Source: Takakia lepidozioides (Eukaryota > Plantae > Bryophyta). From it: DNA of 64,000 bases. The position numbers and the translations under genes are program-made. The DNA lies in contig CM060734.1 of the NCBI GenBank assembly GCA_030704615.1, forward strand, positions 30,628,001 through 30,692,000, read 5' to 3'. Numbering within the stretch: the first letter of the stretch is position 1; the number at the start of each line of letters is the position of its first letter. The notes under the pieces are model-generated. The model was not told where the DNA came from, did no database searches, and was given only the letters and a program-made list of their open reading frames with translations. Shown piece by piece: positions 37,901-50,971 of the stretch.

Positions 37901-39595
37901 AGCAAAGCTCTCCGCAAGTTGACACATTCACTCAATAGCTCCCAAACTATCCTCATTTTCCTCAACCAGGTGAGCAATTGCTACAAACTACCTTTTACGG
38001 GTGGATATTGGGCTGTCTTTTGTGCTTAAACACGGTCAGCAACTCAGTTCAGCTATCTAACAGGACTCTGAAACATCAGGCATATGTCAACTGATGACAA
38101 AAGGTTGAATTTCCAGAGTTCCTTGGTATTATCCCATTGCTTAGCATAGATGGGTTGGTAGCGACTGGTAATAAGGCATAATTGAATGTACTCATAAGAC
38201 TTTGTTGGCCATACCCTTGTGGCCGTAGACCCTGAGTTTGGACTGAAAATAGGGCAGAATAGAATGTACTCATAAGATATTAATTGCCGGAGCCTTGTGG
38301 CCATAGACCCCGGCCCAGTTTGGGCGGAACAAAAGGGACCGGAAACTACATTTTTGAAGGGCTCACTCCGGTAGTGTGACTTACCTTGGTATAAACAATT
38401 ATCTCAGGCTTTCCAGATATCCTCTAGGCCCTTCACACAAGCATCAATCTGCTGTGTGTGAGCAGCCCAAAAGTTAGTCCGGAACAGGGCCAGGGCCTTA
38501 GGCCCAGCCTCAGATTTTGAAATTTGGTGAACAGAAGTGCCGAACAAAGGTGCCAGGACAGTGTTCGTCCTGAAGAGGGTCACTCTTTGGTGAGAATATC
38601 CTGGCCAATGTATCACAAAATGGATATTGTGTTCAGGTTGCCCGCATGTTGGGAAAGGATAATAGGGCATAATAGAATGTACTCATAAGACATTGTTTGC
38701 TGTAGCCTTATCGCCATAGACCCCGCGCCCAGTTTGGGTGGAACAAAAGGAATCAAAATAGGGCACAATAGAAAGATCCAGGGAGGAGGAGAGGAGATGT
38801 GGACGTTTGGATGATGTGGCATGTGTTGATGCAACAGACAAGAGCAAAATTGAACACTTTTGGTGGAGTACCAGCTGAAGTGACATCAGGGGGGAATGCT
38901 CTCAAGTTCTACGCATCGGTTCGTTTGCACATTAGGAGAAAGTCTCAGCTGAAACGTGGTGAAGAGGTAGATTTCCCACCATTGGCTTCGCTTGGCAATT
39001 GGCAATTGTGTAGGCAATTATAGGGCTTGCATGTACATGGGGATATTGTTGTGTGTGTACGAGTACATGTTATCCGTTCTATGTCATGCTATCTTAAACG
39101 AAGACTTGTATAGCTCATAGACCTTGTGAAAGCTACAGAGTCTTTATTCCAGATGAGAGATACCTGAAAGTATGTAAGTACACCTTGCTGTGCTGGGTGC
39201 AGGCATATGGGAATGAAGTTATTGTGAAAGTGGTGAAGAACAAAGTGGCTCCTCCATTCAGGACTGCGGAATTCGACATTGTGTTTGGCAAGGGCATATC
39301 ACGGGAAGGCGAAATCCTGCAGCTAGGTGCAAAGCATGGTTTCTTGGGGATGTCGGGGTCATGGTATGCGTACGAGGGCAGGAATTTTGCAAATGGGAAA
39401 GACAATGCTAGGAGATATCTTAAAGAGCATCCAGACCTAGCTGACACACTGATGATGGCAATCAAAGAAAAGGTCTTGAGTACCTCGAGTGAGAGCAGTG
39501 AGAGCGGAAGGTTGGACCCTGTAAAGGAAGGTTTGGATGATGTGGCTTATGATGCTCAAGAGCAAGACCTTGATCATCTCGAGGGAACAGGGTAA
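34961..39595 (+). CDS. recA: Organellar RecA, mitochondrial RECA2-like. Confident exons 36298-36521, 36720-36810, 37059-37231, 37823-37969, 38838-38966, 39203-39595; N-terminal exon(s) from ATG 34961 not fully resolved
   Basis: [89 protein letters not shown]. Arg/Ser-rich presequence [16 protein letters not shown]. Confidence 0.93.
38184..38765. repeat. Three short (about 75-95 bp) dispersed/tandem repeats in a RecA intron
   Basis: GAATGTACTCATAAGA...GCC(A/G)TAGACCC at about 38184, 38262 and 38674. Confidence 0.7.
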
Positions 39596-42500
39596 GACTG
39601 AAAACTTAAGACAGACAAAGTTGTGGTCGATATTCTTTACCCATATTGCTGCTATGAGCTCTTGGCGTTCAAGTATTTTGTCCTCAACTGAATTGAGTGG
39701 AAGTTGTCGATCCCCCGAAGGAGTTGGAGAAAGGGGAGAACAAAAGAATTCTATCAGGCAACCCCTTTTACCAGACACCCTATCTTGTCAGGTTGCTGTG
39801 AGCATTGTAGTCATGCAAGCAAATTGCAACTGTGTTTTCGTATTGGAATCTTGTACATCTGAGTTTGTCATGTGAGTATGCATGTTTGCATCCAGCTTGG
39901 CACTCAATGTTGGAACAAAACTTTGGTCTTTCTGTCAGGACCATGTTATATGTTCAGAACTTCCTGCCTTGCTGCCAAATCAAAATAGTTTGTCATTCTC
40001 AAATCTAACTTTGGGCTGAGTCTGAAAGAGACCATGAGTGCAATCTAATCTGCAGCAAGCAGTGGTACAGCTTGAGGTACGCGAGGAGTTGGAACTGAGG
40101 TTTTTGGGTTCTTCAGCCCGACCTCGCCCTGTCATGACTTCAAAACCAGGGCTCTCTTGCTTCTGTGAGGTGGTGCCTTAATATGCGCAACTGGCTGTAT
40201 CATTACACACTATTGGACCAAACCCGTTTCAAGAGATGGTTCCAGATCGGTTCGTTCAGACTTTTTTTAACGAGTGTGGTCCATGTTCGGTTTCAACTTT
40301 TGAAACCTGGGGCCGGTTCTGATTACGGGTTATTTGTTTAATAAAAAGACATCGATTCTCAATCATGTTCCACTTCCTCTTTTAAATATATAGAATTGAA
40401 TTCAAACTATTGTAAATTGTTTCATCATGTTGGATAATTAAAATATTACCCAGAACTCAGGATTTTATTAGTTTTCATTAACCCTTAACCTCCCAAGCCC
40501 GTTTTCAACATTTTGGCCATTTTTGGTACCCTGGAAGACTAAAATGCCCATAACTCCTTATCACCTTTCATCCATAGGTTTCAACCATACAACATCGTAC
40601 CTAGCTTGGTTATGTATAACCCCAATTTGGCATGATTCCACCATAGAAATAGAAATATTATAATGCCTTTGTGGACCTTGAATTTGAGCTTCCACACAAT
40701 ACTCCTCCCAAAAAAAGGTTTGACCAGAATAAATGCTGGCTTTTTGTAATTTTCATTGCTTAAGAGACCGACAAATTCCAATGCACTGGTGCCATGACTA
40801 TGTCCTTGCCAAATTTCAGGGCGATATGAGGGTTTTTTCTATGGGCTGCTTTGTATGGGTGTATGTGGGGGTACAAAAGGTGAAAAATTGAATGGTGACA
40901 GGAGCCTCCAAAGGAGGTGCAATATTTCCTAACTTTTTGAAAAAACCGGTCGGTAGATGTGTGGGTGCCATGCCAATGCTCCACAATGTGAAGAAATTTA
41001 TACAATTTAGTAAATTCTTAGGAAACTTTTTGGCCCTAAGTGCAATATTGTTTTGGGACCCACAACCGGACTTCAGGTGGGGCTCAGGGAGGATTTTCCG
41101 GCAGAATATTCCGTTTTTTGGGGGGGTCACGTCCCACCCCATCGGCCGTAGGGGCAACGTGGCGCCACCCGCGCAACCTAAAAATGATAGGGTGGGCCGC
41201 CGCATGCAGACTCACCCTAAATCGGGACTGCAGCCGGTTTAGTCCTTTGTACCTGCCACCTGTCCAGGGGTAAAAGCATGATATGGTGGACCAAAAAGCA
41301 CGTCCTGCCGTTGTTGTTCTACATTCAACCATCTAAGCTTGGATGTTTTGATCATACATTTTTTTTAGCATTAAATGTTTTTGTACATACATCATTTGTG
41401 GAGGGTTGTTATGATGTAAGAGAAGTATCGTTTTAAAATATATAGATTTGGTTCTATAACACTGATGTATTCTTGTTCACTCTATTTTGTCCTGTGCTTA
41501 ACTTTTTGATCTAAGCCCTAGTGAAAGTTAGGCTCTGATGAATATTATGACTTGAGTTTTTTTGTTCAAGTATCTTATATGGTATTATTTTGTACACAAT
41601 TTACAGAATACAAAAATATATTATATTCTATTAGAAATAAAAAGATTGATGTTGAAAATGATATAAAATTGAAATGGCATTAGAACTACATGATATTTTA
41701 TTATTTTATAACTATTTCAAAGATACAAGTATAGTTAAGAACATACTCTAATGCCCTATGTTAATGGGCTTATTTAAATAATATTTTATTTCATGGGATT
41801 GGATAGTTGAGCTTTGCTTCATTATTGAGTAGTATAATTTTAATGGGAAATAGTATAGATGATTATTTTTTATAGTCTTTTTTTATGCACCGTCACTAAA
41901 GGGGATAAACACAATTCTAATCCATGCTCACATCACGATAGGAGGGCAAAAAAACAGATTATATGATACCATTAGAGAAATTTGTGGGTTCTGAGGCCCA
42001 AACAAGTAGTGTATTTAAGCACGATAAGTGCAACTCCAGTACAAATTAAAATACAAATAGGCACATTCAGGAAGGGAGTGGGCGTGGGAGATGTGCAAAC
42101 TGGATGCTATGAATGCCACAAATTTCATCCGCCAAATTTCATCCTGAACTTTATCAATGAATGGAATTACCAGGTGTCATGCGATCATTTGATTATCTGA
42201 CACCAAGCATTTTCCTCGATCTTCGCGGAGTGTTACACTTGGGTTCTTTTTGGCGTGCTAGTTTCTCGGCTCCTCGAGTCTCCTGTTTCTCGGTTTAGGG
42301 TTTCGAGGTTTAGTGTGCTTGAGATACATGCACCCACTGTGAAATAGTATGAGTTCTACACTATAGAGTCTAGAGGTTCTTGGCCAAGCTGACTTTCAGA
42401 GACACAGGGGCTGTGTGGATCATATCTTCACTCTAAGCTAGTGTATTCAGGGAAGGGAATAAGACGGGAAACCCGCCTTCGTCTTTTTCTTGGATGTCCT

Positions 42501-42659
42501 GGAGTTGAGCAGGAACTGAGAGCGGGAAGCCTACCTTTGAACGGCAAACAGATGCAGAGAGGAAACGGGATTGCAAATGTGTGTTATATGCGCATCCTGA
42601 AGATAATACTCACTTTTTAATTCGTTGTCCTGGGTACGCTCACCATAGAGACTTACTGA

Positions 42660-44578
42660 CTGTTCTCTCTCTTATGTTACAGGTGCCTAATTCCAGCTCA
42701 AGACAGGTGAAATTTATCTACTACAAGGTGGAGTTTTTTGTAGAGTTTCTTTAGACTGGCCTCAGCGAATTCGGGAAAAAAACCCATCATTGTTGTGTTC
42801 ATTGTTAGGGTGGAATACCAGTCAGCAACAAGGTCTCCATTTCTCCACTTTCTGCCATCTTGGTATGTAATCGTTCTTGATAGGGCTTTGCATTGGTAGG
42901 TGGGATCTGCTGCCCTGCAGTGACTAACTATGAGCTGGATTTTTTCAGGTCACCGTTTTCGCACTACAGTAGTCTATGTCCCCTTGTGTGGCCTGATAAA
43001 AGTTTTTATGGTAGAGCTATATCAACAACAAAGTGAGTCCAAGGAACATGTAGACCCTGCTCTTGGCTTCAACTACTTGTGCTGAAAAGAAACAGACAAG
43101 AATGACCGTTGAAGCTTATGAAAAGTAATCATGTGTATTGCCTATGTGCTGAGGATTTCTTGGAACAAAGAAGTGGAGTTGGATCCAGAGGTATGGCTAT
43201 TTGTGTTTATGCACGTACCGAGGGTTAAGTTGGCATAGGGAAGTGAAGGGGAGGTTTTTGGGGTTGGAAATGGACTTGTTTGTAACGTGGACAGCTTCTA
43301 TGGGTCCTACAATTTTGTCTTGTTGGTACAATTGACCAACTGCAGCTTTTCAATTTGGCCTATTATCTTCAAGCTGGTCCAGTGAGGTGGGACCTACTAG
43401 GAGAGACACAGTCAGTTCATTGAGTTGTTTGCCAATAACTGATTCTGAGCAGGGTTTAGGATTTCAGATAAGGTTAAAGAGAAGTAGAAGGGCATATATC
43501 ACCATGCTTGAACTTTTTGAACTGTGTCATTCCATTCTTTAGAAGACTCCTCATTATTAGGCCTGCAAGTTCATTACATGAAATAGTGAATCACGTGTAA
43601 GGTTGTAGGGTTTTTTTCTCACATTGTCTCTTATGGTTGCAGGTGCCTAATTCCCGCTAGCATTGTTAGGGTGGATTACCAGTCAGCAACAAGGGCTCCA
43701 TTTCTCCACTTTCTGCATTCTTGGTATGTACTTGTTCTTGATAGGGCTTTGATTTGGTAGGTGGGCTCTGCTACTCTGTAGTGACTAATTATGAGCTGGA
43801 TTTTTCCAGGTCACCGTTTTCGCACTACAGTAGTCTATGTCCCCTTGTGTGGCCTGATAAAAGGTTTTATGGTAGACCTAAAACAACAAAGTGGGTCCAA
43901 GAAACATGTAGACCCTGCTCTTGGCTTCAACTACTTGTGCTGAAAATAAACAGACATGAATGATAGTTGAAGCTGATGAAAAGTAATCACGTGTGTTGAC
44001 TATATGCATTTTGAGGATTTCCTGGAACAAGCGGTGGAGTTGGATCGAGAGGTATGGCTCCCTCTGATGGGACATCTTGTAGCAAAGCCAGTGGTTGGGC
44101 TCTTGGCTGTGATGTTGTGTCTGCACTTGCTGTGTCTACCTCTGTCCACCTCATATTTGTGTTTATGCAAGTACTGAGGGTTAAGTTAGCATAGGGAACT
44201 GATGGGGAGGTTTTTGGGGTTGGAAATGAATTTGTTTGTAACATGGACAACTTTTTGGGTCCTACAAATTTCTGTCTTGTTGGTGCAATTGTAAGACCGC
44301 ACACACCAACTGCAACTTTTCGAATTTGGCTTTTATTATCTCAAGCTGATCCAGTTAGGTGGGACCTACTAGGAGTTGAGGCACAGTCAGTTCAGTGAGT
44401 TGTTTGCCAATAACTGGTTCTCCGCAGGGTTTTGAATTTTAGATAAAGTTAAAGAGAAGTAGAAGGGCCTATATCACCATGCTTGAATTTTTTGAACTGT
44501 GTCATGTTACATTCTGCAGAAGACCCCTCACTGTTAGGCCTGCAAGTTCATTACATGAAATAGTGAATCACATGTAAG
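42660..44578 (+). repeat. Diverged direct tandem duplication (about 940-bp units, ~42660-43600 and ~43621-44578)
   Basis: Both units run CAGGTGCCTAATTCC...CATTGTTAGGGTGGA...TTAGGCCTGCAAGTTCATTACATGAAATAGTGAATCAC. Confidence 0.9.
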
Positions 44579-44992
44579 TGAAATAGGGAATCACCTGTTC
44601 AGGAGTTGATTGATTGCCTGAAGAGGTTTTTTTACCTTTGGCTGTTCAGGGTGAGTTTGGCATCCCCCCCTAAAGCTCCCGACGAGATGAATAGGTCCGA
44701 CAGTGGGGTCAGCTGCAATGTATGACCAATAGCAGATATATCCTAAGTTAATCGCCTCTATTTCTTGTCTGTAGTACATCAGGCAATTACAATCTCCTCT
44801 TCCTCTCTGCATCTGCTTACTAATCAAAGATAGGCTTCCCGTCTTGAGTTGTCTGTAGTTACAATCTCCTCTTCCCCTCTGCATCTGTTTAATGTTCTAG
44901 GGTAGGCTTCCTGTCTTACTCAGTGCTCTGTCTGCAGTGATTGCAGGGTATCCACGCCATCATTCGAGATAGAAAAAATTGATCATGCAAAC

Positions 44993-46004
44993 ATGGAGGA
45001 TGGAGAGTTGTTTGGAACTCCTCTGAGCAGTCCCATTGATGGTTGATGGTTCTTTTGTTGACACGGTAGACTTAGTAGGAGCTGGTTCAGGAAGCCCACC
45101 TCCGATTGTTGAACGTCACGTCGATCCAGCTTCTCTCCTTAGTATCCACGCTGGTTTTACCCACCCAAGCCAATCAGACCACACATTTAGAGGTCAGACA
45201 ACGTCCTTCTTACGAGGAAACATTTGGACTACCACCGATTCTGTCGGCCCTGGACTCTATCCCACAACACTTACTTCAACAGTTGCCTCTACGTCATTTG
45301 TTGCAGGCCCCACAACAGATAACCCAGACAATAATGACACGGAGACACGGCATGTATTTGATTTGAGTCCTATATTTGGCATTGTTGCTGGACCTCTTTC
45401 AAGGGCACGAATCCTCGACCTCATTGTGGGTTTTGCCCCTATTCAAATTCACAGAAACAGGTACCTTGGTGGGACAATTAGAGGGGATCGATTTCGCCTC
45501 AGAGGGTTGGTAGCGGTTGAGGATTTTCCCTTGTTTGGAAATGATGTATGGGTGGGGCCTGGTGGACACAATATATGGAGTCCACTCTTTGAGTGGAGGG
45601 AAGTGCCTGATATTCAAGATTATGATGTGGTTATTACTGAAAGAAATGAATTGTCTTGCACAGTTGTGACAATTTGGCAAACTCAGACAGGTGATGGATG
45701 AGAAGAAAGGGCTACTGCTATTTATGATTCTTCCTGGGAACTGATGGACTTGGAAGTGCCCGACACTAATTCTGGAATTGGTTTTTCCCGACAATATCCA
45801 CGGGTTGTGGATCTGGCCAAATTGGTGACAAGATGTTTTAGGTCAGTTGAGCAGCGCCATTGTCTACTATGTATTTTGAATGAATTTAGAAGCACGGTGG
45901 TGTGGAGTGAAAGAAAGGGGCAAAACATTTCCCCACGACATTCACTTCAAGTCACCAGAGTACCATTCCGTCCCACCCATGTCGCAGCGGAAGAGAAGAC
46001 ATAG
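44993..46004 (+). pseudogene. Disabled orphan ORF of about 335 codons
   Basis: ORFs 45036-45701 and 45744-46004 are in one frame, split by a single TGA. Removing a 7-bp duplication (TGATGGT) puts ATG 44993 in frame. Confidence 0.5.
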
Positions 46005-47723
46005 GTAGGACACACATCCGTCATAAATAATCAACTGCCTTGCATGTGATCACGCATGTTGCAAAACACCCAGCATAGCCTTCACAGATTTTCCATTGAA
46101 AGGTGGGCCTTGCCCGTGAAGAGCCGTCACCCTCTTGTATTCATGGCACCCCGTCAGACAGCCTGATCGAACTACCCGAGCTTATCCGGCATCAACTCAT
46201 TTTCTCTCACTCTCTCTCATCTTTTACCTCTCGAGTCCAAGGGTCAGATCCAAATACACTCGTCCGTTACGCACGAGCTGCGGGTTTGACTGATCTCTAG
46301 AAGCAATAACAATGTTGCCATTTACAGATGCACCCTAATATTCCATCTATGCAATGTGAAGTTTCCCCACTAGGTGGTTTGAGTGATGCACTACATACAT
46401 GCCCTGATTTCCCAGCTATGGCACCCACACCCTTTACATGCTCAAACTGACCATAGCTGCAATCTTCCATGATGGCAACAATGCAGGAACTAATGCATCA
46501 TGCAAGTGTGATTCCAGACACAAAAACCAAGCAGTGACCCAAACAGTCGATTTTTACTTCTTTATCATTATAATCCTTCCTCTACACAAAATACAGAGTC
46601 TGGAGCTTAAAGCCCAAGTCTCTCCTTCATGTCACCATCACCACCTCCTTTTCTCTACCTCACTACCATCTCCCAAAAGCAAGAAGCCGCACCTTCTCAC
46701 AAAAACTGCCTTAAAACCCAAGCCCTACTTGCCTGTGCAATTACTACACCTGCAGCTCTTATAGTCGACCACATCAACTAGTCCTGTCTAGAAAACTAAC
46801 TCAGCCGCCATAGCAAATACTGACTAAGGAACGGGAAAGTAAATCACAACCAAAAAGTAAGGCATGTAGACTGATGTCTGCTCCAGAATACAAAGTGTCA
46901 GCAGCCCGCCATGCCCGTGCTTGTGTGCTTGCATGAAGAACGCCGTCACTCATAAATCCCGCCGATCTAGGGCACATGGATGTTTGGCGGATGGATGCCT
47001 TCATCCAGTGAACCATAATTCATCCATCACGGTCATTCATCCAACTACTTAAATGTTGTAAAATCTTAAGTACTTAGCCCCATCAAAAAACTGCAGAAAA
47101 ATAAAAAATACCACATATTCACACTACAGTGGACCATCCTAATTTGCAAGGAATTTGAATGCTTGGCCTTGTGTCTTTACAATTTAATCAGCCTCTGGTG
47201 ATCAAAGCCATCTTGTGCTTTGGGGCTCATAATCTGACTTTATTTCGGTTTGTGCAGAACTTATGCAATGTAGGAGACATTCAAGCTATTCCAGAGGACA
47301 ATGTTGGGCAGTAGTTAGGAATGGCTAACAAGCAAAATGTGGAGAGGTTACGTGTAAGACATGTTTTTGGGTATAAAAAAAGTGCTGCAAGAAGAGCGAA
47401 GGATGTTCTTTTAGAGCATGAGCCAACTACACCAAATCATATAGGCGTTCGAAAGGAAAAAGCACGTTTGCTGAAGGCAAAATGGAGGGAAGTCCGAGTG
47501 TTGAGGAAGAGCTTACCTCCTAATATTCTAACATGCAAGGATGTTGTTGCCACTCAAGAGTATTTTGAGGCTGTTAGAGGTGGGTTGGCTGTAGTGAAAA
47601 GACCGTTTACAAAAGACAAGATTGCAACGAAACATACTCGTCCCCATCGCTCGTATGAAACAACGAGTGCGAGACTTTACATGTGAGGCGCTTGCACATG
47701 ATCGTGATTGCAATCCGGACAAT

Positions 47724-49386
47724 ATAACAAGGCTTGGAGGGAAGCTAATAATCTGGCTGCTGCCTATGCGAAGTTGGTTGAACCTCATGCGAAGCGCATG
47801 GAGGCTCTACAACAGCAGTTAGATGTGTTCAAACAAAGAGAGGAGCACACTCTCAGAGGAACAACAAGCAACTTGGTGGATAACCACCTTATGCAGGTCT
47901 GGTTAGCACAAGGGCCAGTGGAGGGCAAAACACCACGAAAGCTCACCCAAAGCGAGATGAATGAGCTCAGGCTGCAGGTGCAGAACATTGCCACAACTAC
48001 TATAGACAATGTCTATAGTAGGATAGCAGAGTTACAGGAGGATGTAGACGGACTGTAGACTCAAGTGGAGGACCTCACTTCAAACATCGACAAAAGAGTC
48101 TATATCCCTCAGGAACAGCTAATGGCTTCTTATTTACAAGCCAGAACTTTGGCTTTTCAGTCTTCACAGGAGGTGCAGGAGATGCCAATGATACAAGAGC
48201 CAGTACCACCACCACCACAACAAGTCACTGTACCAGTAGCTGAACCTGTTGTTACTCCAACCACACCACAGCCACCACAGCCTGAGGTATGGGGCAATGC
48301 TGCTTTTAACCCACCTAAAACTCCAGCTGCAAGGGAGTACAGTAGGGCTATGATTATGCCCTTCAACCAAATTCCCATCATGTTGGATTTGGCTTGGAAA
48401 GAATTTAGTCCTCCGCAGTCATTCGCACATTACTACCAAATCATGCGTATTTGGCTGCCAGTGGCAACAAGGACTAAAGTTCTTCCGAACAATCGACATA
48501 TTGAGGATCATCACTTTGCACAGTACTGGCACGAGGCAGGTACCATGTTGAGGGAATTAATTGCTTTCCAGGTTGTACATGGACTCATTTATACCAAGAC
48601 CAAGGAGGTAGCAAGTATTGTCATGGAATGCGGGTTATACTACGCTGCTTGTTTTCTGGTACGTTATCACATTGAGCAGCAAAAGATGCAAGCACGCTTT
48701 CTGAGTTATTCCAGTGGGGATCATTGGGTATTACCTTCGGTGCCACCTCATATGTACCTATATGACCCAAAAGTTATGATGCAAAAGGATTCTCAAATTC
48801 GTTCATGGTTTCAAGCGGCCTGGAACAATTTGTCAACACAGAAATTCGGCATTGATGATATTTTCTATAAGGGACATGTGGCATGGAAATACTTGCACGC
48901 TGCACCAGTAATTGGTACCCCGCTCACCTGGACAGACAAGGAGCTCAGTGTCTACACCAATTTTGCTGTTCAGCGATTACAGCAGGTTTCAATATAAACT
49001 TCCAGACATGGTAGGACAACATTGTATGCCCCAGAGGATTCCACAAAAAGTTCAAAAATTAAAACACCTGAGAGGCGATGAGATTCTGATACAACTGTTT
49101 TCTTCACCGAATTCTTTTGACATGGAGAAGACTATGCAATTCAGATGGCAGAGAAGAAGCGACGGGGGTCTCCTATGCCTGAAAGGTTACCTCGATATCA
49201 GCCTCCAGAGGGCCTCACTTATCCAGGTAGTGATCAACCATCTCTATCAACCAGAGACAGACCTCGAGCTCATACCCACAGTCCGCCACGAAACTCTCAA
49301 CGTCAGAAAGGTGCTCACTCGCAAAGTTTGCTAATCGCAATCAGTAAACCGTGAGGACACCGGCTTTTTGAGGGGGGAAGGGGTAA
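47724..49386 (+). mobile_element. 5'-truncated internal region (3' part of the extra ORF plus PPT) of a second copy of the gypsy element
   Basis: Near-identical to about 59915-61577, ending in the same PPT GAGGGGGGAAGGGGTAA. Confidence 0.93.
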
Positions 49387-50364
49387 TGTTAGAGGACTGT
49401 CTGGGACTTAGACACTTACGGGATCTGTAGGGTACCCTTAATTTTTGCACAGACTGAGACCAACAGGAGCCTTAGGGGTGACAGCAGCGCACTGTAGAGG
49501 GGGGTTACACAGCCCATCACAGCCCACACAGCCGTCACAGTCGTCACAGCCGACACAGCCAACACAGCTTGTCATAGCCCACACAGCCCACACAGCCCGT
49601 CACAGTCGTCACAGCCGACACAGCCAACACAGACCGTAACAGCCGACAACAGCACACACACGCACGTCACAGTCGCACAGCCAGTCACAGTTTCACACAG
49701 CCAGTCACAGTTTGACACAGTTGTCACGACCATAAGGAACGGAGAGCAGGACAGGAAACGACTGTGGGGAACAACACCTGCAAATGGAACATGTTAGTTC
49801 ACGGACGACGGTTAGTGAGGAAAACGGTTAGAGCCACGGGTAGGAAGAAAAAGGGAGCAGCAAGGACGGAATGGGGGGATTCTGGGAAGCACGGAAGGGG
49901 GAGGACTTTGGGGTCATGCTGGGAGGAGATCGGAAGCCAAGATGGAGAGCGCGGTGAAGGAGGAAAGAGGATTAGTAGATGCTCGTTATATGCAAAGCGG
50001 TAGTGATATAGTAGAGCAGAGTAGAGACACAATGGCTTCGACCTGATACCTGATAAATCCTAATCGGATACTTATACGATACAATCACACTGTGTAGAGA
50101 GATCTGAGTGAAGCTGTGGAATGAATGGATGAGTTGATGGAATCCAATAGATTGATAAAGCAAACTGATACTTAATTATCAATGGTAAGGTAGCTAACAT
50201 GAATGCCAAAAGGAAACAAATAGGAAACACCCCCATGATACACTAGCTGTAGGTCATGACTGATTGTTCTGCGCGGGCTGAGTACTTAGAGATTTCCAAC
50301 TCTTCTATCTTGGAGTTTCCGCCTCGGATAGCGAAGGGATGGGTGAGTAAAAAGCAGCGCGACA
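49387..50364 (+). repeat. LTR shared between the two tandem copies
   Basis: TGTTAGAGG...GCGCGACA, with a PPT on its left and a PBS on its right. Confidence 0.95.
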
Positions 50365-50366
50365 TT

Positions 50367-50384
50367 TGGCGACCATACTGGGGA
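50367..50384 (+). promoter_or_regulatory. Primer binding site, tRNA-Arg-like
   Basis: TGGCGACCATACTGGGGA, 2 nt after the LTR; resembles the TGGCGACTCCACTGGGGA tRNA-Arg PBS of Ogre/Tat elements. Confidence 0.8.
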
Positions 50385-50971
50385 ACTGAGTCATGAACAA
50401 CCAGATGTGACAGGCATCTGGTGGGATCATGGTGGTTGGACCATTAAAGAATTTGAAGTGAATCAAATTCCTTGTGGAACGAAGGAAGAAAGATTGTCCA
50501 AACAATTCTTTCAAAGGTTCTTGGAATTGCCAGACGGTTGTAAAGAAAATATTCTTAAGTGAGTGCATGATGCTGATCCGGATGGGGTCTGGAGAAAGGA
50601 GTGATAAAGATTTATCAGGTAGCCTGTAGAGGAAGAGCACGTTGGTTACCAACGTTGGTTTATGTGATAGCATTGCTATCCATTAAGCGAGTAGATTTGA
50701 AGGCTGGGAGGAAAGAAAAGTGAATGTTTATACTCATATGCATGAAGAGCTTGTACTGGTAAAGAATTGGATTCCAAAGGATAATTTTGTGGATCAACTC
50801 ACACCAATAACAGCTTTCCAGACTTGTTTGCCATATGGTTATATGGTAACGGAGACTTCAAGTATAGCCAAGGGTGCATTGAAGCTTGAAAGAAACCCAG
50901 GCATATACGAGAGATATTACAGAAGAGAGTTATGGTTATTGCCACATTAAAAGAAATGAAAGACATGGGAC

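Noticed and set aside
40478-41274. piggyBac- or Helentron-like element (TTAACCC...GGGGTAAA, GC-rich core)
   Set aside because: The ends do not form a matching TIR and no second copy is in the window.
47321-47720. Basic ORF fused to the truncated retroelement copy as a chimeric gene
   Set aside because: Frameshifted, has stops nearby and no recognisable family; nothing supports expression.
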